Position numbers and translations under genes: made by a program
Notes under the pieces: model-generated
Database searches by the model: none
The model's input: the letters and a program-made list of their open reading frames with translations, nothing else
Told to the model about the DNA's origin: nothing
Shown: positions 36,106 to 48,603 of the stretch, piece after piece
How the letters are laid out: the number at the start of each line of letters is the position of its first letter
Position numbering within the stretch: the stretch's first letter is position 1
NCBI RefSeq assembly: GCF_001194135.2
Contig: NC_068982.1
Span: 98,039,821 to 98,103,820, forward strand
Length of the DNA stretch: 64,000 bases
Direction of reading: 5' to 3'
Source: Octopus bimaculoides
Lineage: Eukaryota

Positions 36106-37296
36106 CCGTAACTTGTATATTTGCAATGATTAGAGGTTAGTAACTAAGATAAATAATAATGAATGAATAATTAGGAACATAATAGTCAAATGAAAAAGCA
36201 ATGTTTAAATAAATTTTACTTCGGTTTGATATAAGTCATTTGAGTACGAACGCTAATTTAGTGGTATACTAGTTAATACCTACACAATATGGGCACATAG
36301 ATATTTAGTAGTGTAATGGCATGAGTGTCACTCGTGTCCTATATCCCCATACGTTATAGGGAATATCTTTCGAGATGAGATATTTCTGCAATGTCATTTG
36401 TATGGTGGTGGTAACAATTATCACAACAGGTAAGCAAAAGCGAGAAAGACAGAGACAAGTTACATACAGTTAGGTATTTTGTGTGAGTGGCTGGCAATAT
36501 AAGGGAATACACAAAAGATATGGAAACTATGTCAGTTGTGAAATAGAAAAAGAACGGGGTTAGCTTACACACGAGGTCCTATTTAACTTATAACTGGCTT
36601 AAGGCCGTGTCAAGCATAATTTACGATATTATTTCGATTCCCAGTTGAAACTAGTTCATTTTACATACAACATTTTTATTGCCCTTTGGACAGAGTATAA
36701 GCGCTATTTCCCATTTTTGTCTCCAGGAAATTTCGATGTAACAATTATTGTTACTAAACTTAGAGCCTGACATTTACATATGACTGTATCTACCTATCCT
36801 ATCTATATCAAACACACACACACTCTCTCTCTCCATGCACATGTATAATAAATATATGCACACACGCGTGCGTTTAGAAATCCAAAGAACTCAATACTAG
36901 AAATACATAACTTCTCAGAATTTTATGCGAAAGATGGAACAGGTTGAGCATTTTACGGAATTCCTGCCCTCCTCCTGGACGTGCCAAAGTTGAGACCTTA
37001 CTGTCAATTTGTTTTAGTTCTTCATATAACGATATAAACAATGACTGAATAAGATGTTTAATTCGTTTTATCACTCCCAGTACATCTTGAGCAGTTGAAC
37101 AAGTTAGACTATACAAAACCGCTAATGAAGGTAATGGTAGTTTTTACTTCACCAATATCCACGAGAAATGCACGCGTGTCCGGGCAGACATTCTGACATT
37201 TCAATATCTGTACACATGTGTAGCCAAAGTGAATCATAGATAAATAAAGATTATTTTTAAATCCACTACACGATGAATTGTTATAGTGAAAAAGTC

Positions 37297-37331
<35 letters not shown>

Positions 37332-39957
37332 TGACTAAATCATTCAGTAATTTTTTTTCGTGACATTTTTATTATATCTAAATTTTAGAAGAAGAAGAAA
37401 CTAATCTGATTCAATGTAGAAAGATTTGAAGTTTCTAGGGGAGAATTTGGTCATCCGACTGTAGTTCAGTCAAGTGTGATAGGAATTTTATAATCCACTC
37501 TGAATATGGAACCGCTAGAAAACGTGCCTCTCCTTTACACAGACACAATAGCAATACATTTTCAAATTATAAACCTACGAGTGCACAATGACCTGGGTTC
37601 GCTTATCTATAGACTAACTAAAAAAAAAACATGTCAAGGTTTATGTGTGTGTGTGTGTGTGTGTGTGTGCCGCATACACCCCGCAGTTTTTTTTTTTCGG
37701 TTATGTCAACATAATAACACACACAAACTAACAAACATACAAACACAACACAGATGCACATTCAGTACACAAACCCGCCAACAAAGAGAACATGCTTTAG
37801 TGCAAGTTGTGTATTTAAAACTATTGTTATTGTCGATAGCATGTTGTTTACATGGCGGAAAATAGCTTGATGTTATTTATATTAGGCGTGCAGCTAGCAG
37901 CTGTGGCAGTGGCGATGGTAACGGCAGCAGTAGTTAGTAGTTAAGCTAAAACATGAATAGGACGATCTAACGATAGAGTTTCTTCTCTACCTGGTCGCCC
38001 GACTTGCTAGATGTATCAGCTGAATCTCGCTCAAATCATCCCCCTCCTTCAACTGTCTTAATACGGAAAGGGAGACACACTAAGATAATGTAGTCTTAGA
38101 TCCTACCTAAAATGACAGTACGGTATGGCTAAAGCTGGAATAACCAACCACCTCCGATCGCAGATAGGTCTGACATTATGTCTAAACAACATGAACAAGA
38201 AGAGCAATGCCGGTAGTGTTTTGACTGATGATGAGGGGTGGTGGCAGCGTCAAGCTGTTAGTGTTTATTAATAGTATTGGGAGATATAGCAAACATAGTG
38301 GTAAATAAAAGCAAGAACAGAGCTGGAATGAATGACTAGTCGTGGAGGAAAGGGACGAGGATAGCGGCGAGAAAGAGAAATAGTTGATGGTGACGATACA
38401 GATAACTGATATTTGTGGCTGCTACTGTTGTTGTTCAGTCATGTCAGCTATTTTTTTTCTATATTGAGTAGACTTGTACTAGTAACGACGACCATCCTTG
38501 CCATTATTTTATATTCATTGAATGTAGGACGGTAGGGATTTGTGGATGCTGTTGCAAGCAGGTTGAGTGAACATGAAGAGACTCCCTCGTTTATTTTTGT
38601 TGTTGTTGTTGTTGCTTAACACTAAGTTAATTCCTTAGTAAGGAGACCCATACTCAAAGAAGATCCAGTTTTAGTTGTGTTCATCTCTTGTGTGTGTGTG
38701 TGTGTGTAGATTGTTTGTATTATTGTTAGATAGCCTCGGGCCAATGCTGTTCAAACAAGTTGTGACAATAACAGTATGTTATGTTATAAAGATATAATGC
38801 GTTTGGGACTATATTATCGAATAAGATCTTATTTTTTATCAATAAGGCCTGATTTGAGAGATCTGCTGTTTCTAGTAGGTAGCACGACCGTCTAAACACA
38901 CCACCACCACCACTACACTCCGTTGGTTTGAATTCTGATCGAGTAAATTCATGGTCATAGGCATTCTGGAGGGTAGGAGAGAGGTATGTCTGCTATTTCT
39001 ACCCCGTCGTGCAAAGAGGATTCGCTATTTCGTTAATTAATGTGATGTTGGTGTTGTTATTAAGCCCCTGCTCAATCTTAACTGAACTGATCTTTCCTTT
39101 TTCTTCTTTTTTTAATTTTTGACAACATTTATTGTTCGTATTTCCCAAGGCGTTATGGTGACACGAGGTAAATTTAACTACAACTGTTCGTAAATCGAGC
39201 AGGTGTACATTAACTCGAACGAACAGTATTGATAATGTTAGTGATGACGGCGCAAGCTGTCGTAGCGCAGCAGTAATTCCAATTGTAAACACGAGGCTTT
39301 TCCTTCCCCACCGCCTACTGTAAAAATAGAGCTAGCTTCTTCCAAGTGCTGTCGTTTGACCTGCTGAATGTAGCAGTCTCAATCTCTCTTGACTAGCTAC
39401 CTTCTCTTTAAATGGAAAATACGTTATAAGCTATAAGGTTTTTGCATCCACCGCCACAACGAAAAATACTACTAGTTAGAATACTGACCGTACAAAATAT
39501 CTCTTCGTCTATCTATTTCCGCGCTAACTGGCCTCGTTCTGTTGCACGGCTCAAACTAAAAGTTAAAAGCATCTTAGACAGATTCCTCAACTAAATATCT
39601 TATTCATTATGAATTGTCCGACAGAATAAAAAGAAGTGTTCTGAAGGCAGAATATTTGACTCGGTTTCCATTGAAGCCATTTCACATAATATAACTTCAC
39701 TAGCACTTTTAGGAAACTGTAGTGTAATATCTTCCTCTCCCCTATGAAAAAGAAAAAAAGCTCGAGAGTCATTTGTAAGAAATTAGTTTGAAGGCTGATA
39801 CACAATGATAACCCATAATGTACTGGGTGAGACGGTTTAGTTAACGTAACTCACTTGAATATGTCTTCGGAGCAGAGATCGCTTATCATACGCTGTTCTG
39901 TGTGGGTGGCAGGCGCGCGCGCGACGCACGCACGCACGCTCACACACACATACACAC

Positions 39958-39997
39958 GGTCTGACGAAGGTGAGCAAACCGAAACTTTGAAGTCATT
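39958..39997 (+). ncRNA. Minimal type I hammerhead-like motif (family A)
   Basis: GGU-CUGACGA-A-GGU-GAGCAA-ACC-GAAACU-UUGA-AGUC-AUU. Shares the downstream aagtattgagtaa motif with the 18869 copy. Confidence 0.55.
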
Positions 39998-40061
39998 TGC
40001 AAAACTTTAATATGTTGTCCACTAAGAAGTATTGAGTAACCCTTTCACTTGAATTTAAATT

Positions 40062-40105
<44 letters not shown>

Positions 40106-40899
40106 GGTATAAAAATATACATTAATGTATGTATGTATGTAAATAAATACCTTTCGTGTCACGCAAAGGGAGGCAATTCCAATTTTAAATAAGATTCGGT
40201 TATATACGCGTACATATACATTATATACATACACAAATGTATATAAACGAATGATCAAGTATATGCGTACGTATGCACGCATATAATTGCATATTATATG
40301 TATCTTCAGACTTCTAACCCACTCTGAAGACTCTTATTCAAAGGAAAAGATTTGTGAGGGAATTGCAGAGGAGGAGATTACAAATGTCGAAGTGAAACCG
40401 AATAAACAAATCTGTATAAATATTAAATCTGGGAGAAAGAGCATCTTAGAGATACCAAAATGAAACTGCACATGAAGCAAATTTATCGGGGGTAGATTAC
40501 GAAAGAAAGAAAATTGCAAAGAATACAAGAATCTATAACTTAGTCTATTGCAACAAGTAAATATCTGTAATTAAAAATAAAATAAACGTTGTGTTCTATA
40601 TTTTAATTATATGTAAACATCATTTCCAGTTCATTTAAGATAAACATATTTGCCATGCTATCAATATTGAAAAGCAGTAGGTACACTACAGTAAGGAGTT
40701 TAAAAGGGGCAGACGATTTCCTGTTTTGTAAAATTTAGATGATCTCTAACATGTTCAAACTTGTCAAACACTTTGATGTAAAACGTGTTTTATCGTTTCA
40801 TTAATAAAGAAGTGGAGGGTGTTAAAAAGTTTCACTAACATTTGGCGAATACTGGTATTTGTCAGTCTGAGAAACACACTCCACAAGAATAACAAAAGT

Positions 40900-41085
40900 T
40901 CTAAAGTATTAGCGGTCTTGCCCCAAAGGAAGCCGCTCTCTGACCAAACGCCTAGCCCCAAAACAATCATGCCGACAACACAAAAGTCGCACAGTCAGTC
41001 AAGGAAACCTCTGATGCTACGCTCTTACAGAAAGATCTAGATGCCATCTAAACATGGGCTGAGGATAACAACATGCAAATTACTA
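40900..41085 (+). mobile_element. CR1-group LINE RT fragment
   Basis: NHADNTKVAQSVKETSDATLLQKDLDAI*TWAEDNNMQ (cf. YADDTK...LQ.DLD.I..WA..NNM.FN). Confidence 0.75.
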
Positions 41086-41600
41086 TCTTGAGTGAATCAC
41101 TGGTAGGTGGGTGGCAAATTAAGGAAGTCCACCTACTAGAAACAGACTACATGAAACTGGAAGTAAAAGGTCATTATTTATGCTAGTGGCCACTGATATT
41201 CGGAGATACCTTCTCTTCACTGGATCAATGAGTTTAGCAGTTCAAAATCTTGACGAGTAGAATATTCGAGGAATAAACTCGTAGCGCGCATTTAAGAGCT
41301 CCTATATACCGTTATTGGCTAAAGCAAGGTGTCCAGTGTACGCACTTCAAAGATGAACGTAAATAAGGTTACAGAAAAAAAATTACAATTTTCGCAAACA
41401 GAAGTCACATCAAATATGTCACATTTCACTCAAATGTCACAAATAATAGTAATTAAATAAATATTTTTAAGTCGCTCATTAACTGACAATGCATGACCTG
41501 TACACAACGAGAAAACAATATTTAAGATGAAGTTGATGTGCTTTAAACTTTGTTTTTCTGGTTAGTTTGCCACTTTGACTTTTTCTTGAATATCTATTAC

Positions 41601-41972
41601 TTTTTTACTTGTTTCAGTCATTTGACTGCGGCCATGCTGGAGCACCGCCTTTAGTCGAGCAAATCGACCCCAGGACCTATTTTTTGTAAGCCTAGTACTT
41701 ATTCTATCGGTCTCTTAAACCGAACCGCTACGTTACGAGGACGTAAACACACCAGCATCGGTTGTCAAGCGATGTGGGGGTGGGGTGGGCAAACAGACAC
41801 AATCATAAAAACACACATAGATATATATACATATACGATGGGCTTCTTCCAGTTTCTGTCTACCAAATCCACTCACAAGGCTTTGGTCGGCCCGAAGCTA
41901 TAGTAGAAGAGACTTGCCCAAGGTGCCACGCAGTGGTAGTGAACCCGGGACCATGTGGTTGGTAAGCAAATT
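41601..41972 (-). mobile_element. SINE family 1, near full-length
   Basis: Reverse complement of the family-1 head, body and tail. Confidence 0.9.
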
Positions 41973-43107
41973 ACTTTATTTCATAAATATTTGCCATAAA
42001 GGCATTACAAAGATAGGACCAACAAGGTCAGACAAACATAAAAGGGGTGAAGTAGCTGTATCGATTAAATATTTACAATTTTAAATATACAATAATAATT
42101 TGATTATATTTACAATGTTCGATTAAAGCATTGCTCATTACAAATGCAATTTGTAATGGCTTTCCTGAAGGATGGGCATCCGACCACCAGGGTAGACCTG
42201 GTGGCACACAGCCACTCCTGCGCCTATAATGCATTTATTTATCAAGGAATATAATTTGAAATAACGACACAGAATATATTCACTGAAGTTACAGCGTTAG
42301 GTTCAGGAAATTTAGCATTGGAACTTTCATTAAGAGAATGATAGAGTAACAGGTGAGAGGAATTATTAATGTTTCTGTGTTTGGAGTAGAAAACGAGAGT
42401 ATGGGAGTATAAGAGACCTAAGTAGGGGAAGCAAGACAGATACAGAAAAGGGACTAAAAAGAGATAGAGAGAAGATGGGAAAGAAAACATAGGAATGGAG
42501 AAAGAGTAAAAAATAGAGAGCTGAGAGAAAAGGACAGAAATAGAGACGGGGGGGGGGTCGAAAGAGCTACATTCGATTGAAGAAAAACAGGAGAATTAGA
42601 AAGAAAAAGGAAAAATCTAATTGTAGTAAGTCAGCGACAAGTGTTTCTTAGAGAAAGACAGAGAGAAAAAAAAAGGAAGAAGGAAGAATAAAACAACCAT
42701 CAATAGAGAGAAAAAGGTCATTGAAAGTTCAGTATGTTGAAGAGGAGGAGGATGAGGAGTAGTAAAAAGGAGGAAGGTCTGCTTGCACCTCCTTCTATTC
42801 TATCACGACTTCCTTAAACACTGACACATCTCTGTCAGTATCTCTTAATCTTTCTTTCTCTACTGATTTTTTTTTCTTGTTACATTTTCGTCTCCTTCTT
42901 CCCCCCCTTCCTTTAATGTTTTACGTTCCTTTATTTTCTACATGTCTTTAACCATATACATTTTTTTCAAACACACATACATATACATATATATATATGT
43001 GTATGTATGTATGTATGTATATATATTTCTTCTTGTTACTTCTGTAATCAGTTTTTCCCCTACCACTATTCCAAAAGAGCTTCAAGTTCTCGAGAAAGAT
43101 GTATCTA

Positions 43108-43142
<35 letters not shown>

Positions 43143-43417
43143 CACGCCGATAATGTAGTGCGTGCGCGCGCGCACACACACATGCGTATAGATAGATCTA
43201 GATGTGTATGCATGTAAAATGGTATATGTCGACTGGAATACTACCGAGCATGTGTATTTCTCTGCTCACAGGAACTAAGTATTAATGACTCACATGTTCC
43301 TAACATTAAAAGAAATACGGAAATGGTGTAACAAAAAAAAAAACAACATTTTTTTTAAAGCTTTACAGACACACGTAGCAAACATTCGACGACAGAACAA
43401 TTATTCCTGTTTATTTA

Positions 43418-43619
43418 CAACTTGGGCAATTACTAGAGATCCATGAACAGACATGCAGTCACATACACACATACATATAAGACATTCATAATTCTACATG
43501 TGTACGTAACACAGAGCATATTTATATATATATTTCCAATACACTTACAATGTTACTAAAAATTAATATCTGTAGGCGCTATGTGTATGTTCACATGTTT
43601 GCAATAATTGCCCAAGTTG
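43418..43619. repeat. Inverted repeat with perfect 15-bp ends
   Basis: caacttgggcaatta (43418-43432) / taattgcccaagttg (43605-43619). Confidence 0.6.
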
Positions 43620-44407
43620 AACATACAAGTATACACTAACATATACGAATACGCATGCATACATTAACATATACAAATATACGTACACATGCATATATTA
43701 ACATATACGAATATATGTAAACAGGCACGCGAGTATGTGGACTTAATATATAAGATTCATAGCTTATATTTGCTGTATACTATTAACATCTGTACATACT
43801 GTCTATTTTGTATTCGCGTGCGCGTACGTTTATTGAGAAGAAGAGAGAAAAAGAATGAAGCATAGACATTTGGTATTTAGTTGGAGGTATGGGTATATAC
43901 CACTCATGACCTTTGGAGACACACTCCCTTATGAATGTGTGTATATATATGTGTGCGTGTATGTGTATGTGTCCACACACATACACATGCCTAAGGCTTC
44001 ATGAAGAAAAGATATACTAAATGCGTCCATGTATTTTCAAGCGAATCGCATTAAGCACACAAAAAATTGAAACGAGCCGCAAGGAAAGGATATATTACAG
44101 ATATTATTAATCCCTTTAGATGTCCTTAACTTATTATCGAGTTTGTCTTCGTAAGTCTGGTGTTGTAGAACACTCAAAGCAAGCTTGATAATAGAACATC
44201 GCTATCCGAAAGAACACTCACCAACCAATCACGTAACAAACGTCTTTGTATTCGTACACAGTGGCAGTTGTTATGATTCTGCAATGCATTTAACAGAGAG
44301 GAGACATTTATAGATTGGTCGTAAGACTGCTGCAAATCACCTACTGGGTTGAAGACGTCTTTGTTTTGCAGCTCATAAATAAACAATGACCATAGTTGTA
44401 ACTGACC

Positions 44408-44509
44408 TGACAGGCATCTCCAACTGGCAGGCTACTCCAGACTGATGACGAGCAAAGACTCAGAAACACGTCTCTGGATGCAGGGTTAGCTAAGTGGAGG
44501 TGCTTGTCA
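44408..44509 (+). ncRNA. Type I hammerhead-like motif with a long extended stem I (family C)
   Basis: UCCAGA-CUGAUGA-C-GAG-CAAAGA-CUC-A-GAAAC-AC-GUC-UCUGGA (44436-44478), plus a 15-bp outer helix 44408-44422/44495-44509 with two G-U pairs. Confidence 0.65.
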
Positions 44510-44757
44510 ACCCCTTGTAAGCATAAGGACACAAGCAATGTATCAAGTTTCTCGACGATTTATCCGATTCGCGTTATCGCTCCTCACTTTGCAAAGCAGC
44601 TGGATCGAATAAACCGAGAAACTTGGGAGTTCCGAATGTTAGTGCCCCATGCTTGTTCCATTTAATAAATTTCATCCTCATTTCTTGTAATATCGAGGCC
44701 TACTTCTTTTGTTATATGCGTGGTTTGTTTTGTGTGTGCACGTGCGTTTTATCTAAT

Positions 44758-44953
44758 ACTTGTTTCAATCATAAGACTGCAACCATGCTGGGGTAGTGTC
44801 TTGTAGAATTTTAGCCGAACGAATTGAGCCCTAAGCCTGGTACTTATTCCATCAGTGTCTTTGCCGAACCACTATGTTATGGGGACGTAAATAGACCAGC
44901 AGCAGTTGTGAAGCGGTTATAGGGAAAAAACATAGACACGAAGACACACACTC

Positions 44954-45004
<51 letters not shown>

Positions 45005-45045
45005 CGGCAGGCTTCTTTCAGTTTCCCTCTACCAAATCCAATCAA
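44758..45045 (-). mobile_element. SINE family 1, 3' two-thirds
   Basis: acttgtttcaatcataagactgcaaccatgctgg...gcttctttcagtttcc..taccaaatcc. Confidence 0.8.
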
Positions 45046-45341
45046 AAGGCTTTAGTGTGTTTTTGGATGTATATAAACAGCATAACACTGAAGGATTGTT
45101 CAATATTAATTTTCACAAAGTTGACTTCCATTCTTTTGAACTTTATATACTTTTTGGCAGGGTTCTCCTTTTGGTAAATGGAGCATTTGGTATAATGTAG
45201 TGAGATAGGATAAGTTGTTGTGTACACAACTTTTGCTGGTTATCTGTCACACCTAGTGTCTCATTTACTTTACTCCACCTAATAAAAGAACCATAAAAAC
45301 TATACAAATTCAGAAAAAAAAAAGAACAAGTAAACCAAAAT

Positions 45342-45375
45342 TTGACGCTGAGCAAGCCGAAATTTCGAAGTCATT
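45342..45375 (+). ncRNA. Degenerate family-A hammerhead-like copy
   Basis: ttgacg-ctgagcaagcc-gaaatttcgaagtc-att. Core deleted relative to 39961-39994. Confidence 0.35.
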
Positions 45376-45790
45376 GCTATGTATACAAAATATTCTTTCC
45401 TAGAATGTCACAACTCTAAACCCTTTGCGCATATCATTCCTGTAGATGTTGCGTCTGGAGGAAGATATAATGTCCTTAACTTTTGCAGGCCTTCTTACAC
45501 CAGTGAGATTGGTCAGCACCTGCAGGAATTATGAGCAGGGAGTAAGAGGGTTATCACCGATATGCTGAGAGCATAATAGGCGCGAAACCAATGGTAACTT
45601 TCTGATCGGATATATATATATATATATAATGGAAGAGCGTAGGCTCGAAAAGTTAAAGACTTTTTCACTTCCCGAGCATTAAACTAATACATCTGTTTGT
45701 TGTCCACACCACCTGTCTTCGTCTTTTGTTTTGTTCTTTTGTGAATTCTCCCCTATAATACACACACACATATATATAATATACACATAC

Positions 45791-46210
45791 ATAGGCGCAG
45801 ACGCAAAAGTGGCTGTTTGCTAAGAAGCTTGCTTTTCATCCACAGGGTTCCGGGTTCAGTCCCACTGCGTGGGCATCTTGGGCAAATATATTCTACTATC
45901 GCCCCAGGCCGACCAAAGCATTGTGAAAGGATTTGGTAGACGGAAACCGAAAGAAGCCCATCGTATATATATATATATGTGTGTGTGTGTGTATTTATGT
46001 GAGTGCCTTGTGTCTGTCCCCCCGTCATCACTTGACAACCAATAGTGGTCTTTATGTCCCGTAACTTAGCGGTTCGGCAAAAGAGACCGAGAATAAGTAC
46101 TAGGCTTACAAAGACTAAGTCCTGGAGTCGATTTCTTCGTCTAAAACCCTTTAAGGCGGTGCTCCAGCATGGCCGCAGTTGAATGACTGAAACAAGTAAA
46201 AGAATAAAAT
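45791..46210 (+). mobile_element. SINE family 1, full-length
   Basis: ataggcgcag...ggttccgggttcagtccc...ggcggtgctccagcatggccgcag...gaaacaagtaaaagaata. Confidence 0.92.
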
Positions 46211-46232
46211 ATAATACACACACACACACATA

Positions 46233-46540
46233 TCAGCACCGTCATTTAACATCGGTTAGACAGGAGCTGGCCAGCTGGAGTGCTGCCCGAGCTCCGTTTG
46301 TCTGTTTTGGCACGGTTTTTACGACTGGATGCCCTTCCTAACGCCAATCACTTTACAGAGTGTACAGGGTGCTTTAAACATGGCACTGGCACCCACGAGT
46401 CCGCAAGACCAGGATCTCTTGGCTGAGAAGGGATTTAGAGGACATGCCTGAATGCATGGACGGTCACGATTTTAGTTCGCTTGACGTATCTTCTGAAGCA
46501 CAAGCAAACTGACAGAAGTCTCGATCCTTCGTCATTTGTT
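46233..46540 (-). mobile_element. RTE 3' UTR/tail, reverse orientation
   Basis: gtcatttaacatc...actggatgcccttcctaacgccaatcactttacagagtgt... Confidence 0.75.
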
Positions 46541-47680
46541 TGTTTGTGTGTGTGTGTGTGTGTGTGTGTTTGTATGTGTAAAGGTAATCCTGTCGAATAG
46601 ATGCACACTCATGCGCAATTTTCCGCTCGTTCTTCCCTCACACTGACGAAGGCCTCACCTCGTCTCATAACTTTGACAAAGGCCTCACTGCATCTCGTAA
46701 ACTCGGTATAGTATTAATGTACCTAACACAAAGAAAAACCGAATAACTTTGTAGATATATGCCCTCTTAGGTTTTGGCGTAGCTTATTATAGCAGTGCTC
46801 TTCCTATCACCAACTATTTTTTAAACTGTATGAATCGGGTGTATTTTATCATAATGTTATGGTTATAATTGGCCTAAAAACGGTTGTTGTTTATTTGTGC
46901 TCTTTTTAAGTCACAGAAAAGAGCGGTTCGATAAATCATGATCGATAAAATATCAACCTGAAATAAATAGTAGGATCGGCACATCGATATAAGTAACTAA
47001 CACCTTTTCGCCACGGTGTTCCAGCGTGACTATAATCTTAGTGACTGTCATCAGTAAAGAAGTGTATAATACACACACATACACACATGCATACATATAA
47101 TATAATCCAGTGACATCATATCGTATAAATACAAAGATACGCCGATATAGCAAAGTGGCTAGACATATCGATTTTTGGAAGTGAAACAAGGAAATACATC
47201 TATTATGCTGCTGCTGCTGCCGATGATGATGATGATGAATCATCTCTTGCCTGTCTCTCAACATCTCTCTCTGCCTCTTCTTAAAATACCGCTAGCTACC
47301 TGAGGTCTACATATTACACATATGCGTATTGTATATAATAAATACATACACATACATACTACTTATGCACTTTGCATAAAGTTAAACACACCCATACGCA
47401 CATTAATATGTGAAGGTGTCGTGTGTTCATGCATAACAAAGAAATATAGTTTTTATATAGCTAATATGAAGTTCTACACACACGTGTGTTTATACATTTG
47501 TGCGTGTGTAATAACCAGGATGCTCTATCTAATAAGAATGTCATTCTCCTTCCCAAATATATGACTAGTACCTGTAATATATCGTGTCTAATTCATATCC
47601 ACTCCTCGTATAGAAAGGGAATATGAAAATCACCACTGCTACTACTACGATGACGACGACTACATAATAATAATAATAAT

Positions 47681-47879
47681 AATCCTTTCTACAAAAAGGG
47701 CACAAGACCTGAAATTTTGGGGGAAGTAGGTTAGTCGATTATTGACTCCAGAGATCAACTAGTAGTTATTTGTAGGATGAGACAAAATCGACCTCGGCAG
47801 CTTTTGAACTCAGGCGAACGAAATGCCGTTAAGCATTTTTGCCCGGCATGCTAACGATTCTGCCAGCTCGCCGCCTTAA
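47681..47879 (-). mobile_element. SINE family 2, copy 1 of a second tandem pair
   Basis: Reverse complement, ending ...ctaacgattctgccagctcgccgcctta. Confidence 0.85.
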
Positions 47880-47904
47880 TAACAATAACATCAACAATAA
47901 TAAC

Positions 47905-48120
47905 GATTTCAAATTCTGACACAAAGCCAACAATTTCGGGAAAGGGAAGTAAGTCGATTACATCGACCCCAGTGCTCAACTGGTACTCATTGATCGACCC
48001 CGAGAGGATAAAAGACAAGGTCGACTTCGTTGGAATTTGAACTTAGAATCTAAAAACGGACAAAATGACGCTAAGCATTTTGCCCGACGTACTAACGATT
48101 CGGCCAGCTAGCCACCTTAA
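47905..48120 (-). mobile_element. SINE family 2, copy 2 of the second tandem pair
   Basis: ...atcgaccccgagaggataaaagacaaggtcgac...ctaacgattcggccagctagccacctta. Confidence 0.85.
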
Positions 48121-48603
48121 TAATAATATCCATTCACCCCATAGTTTATTTTAGCCCCAGGTCATTTCGGCAAGAGCAGGTTTACGATCAAAGCAATCTA
48201 ACCATTATAATCTCATCTTTTCAGACATTATTGAATATCTTTTCTTTCTATATAAAAAAAAAAAGTGATTGAAAGTTCGGCTGCTATTTCCGGCAGGTCG
48301 AGCAGCCCCATTAAAGGCTCTCGACCAATTCACTAAACTGCTCTAGAAAGAGAAAGGAAATCTACCGGTAGGTCGAGTAAAAAAGCTGGTATCTATACAG
48401 AATTGAAGCCTTCCACTTTTCATTTACAAAGGCATGAACATCACAAAATTCTATTCACAACACTATCATCCTCGCTTATACATTTGTTGGTTTTATCCAG
48501 AAGTTAATAATTAATTCACATAGATTTATAGAATATTTTGTTTTCCTCGTTTTATTTAAATGTGTAACAACTGTTATTGATGTTTACGTCAGCAGGCTTT
48601 AAT

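Noticed and set aside
44174-44538. Two minus-strand ORFs, one with NHNNCHC (cystine-knot-like) and a GTGAGT donor
   Set aside because: No convincing in-frame acceptor and other knot cysteines are missing. The region overlaps the plus-strand hammerhead hairpin and is better explained as a retroelement relic.
45628-45755. ggaagagcgtaggctcgaaaagtta: hammerhead-like stem plus GAAA
   Set aside because: The CUGANGA core and stem III are not intact. It may be a decayed repeat, but I cannot support it as a ribozyme.
46643-46712. ctgacgaaggcctcac duplicated, followed by gtaaactcggta: possible hammerhead
   Set aside because: GAAA is broken, and stems I and II do not close. At most a decayed relic.
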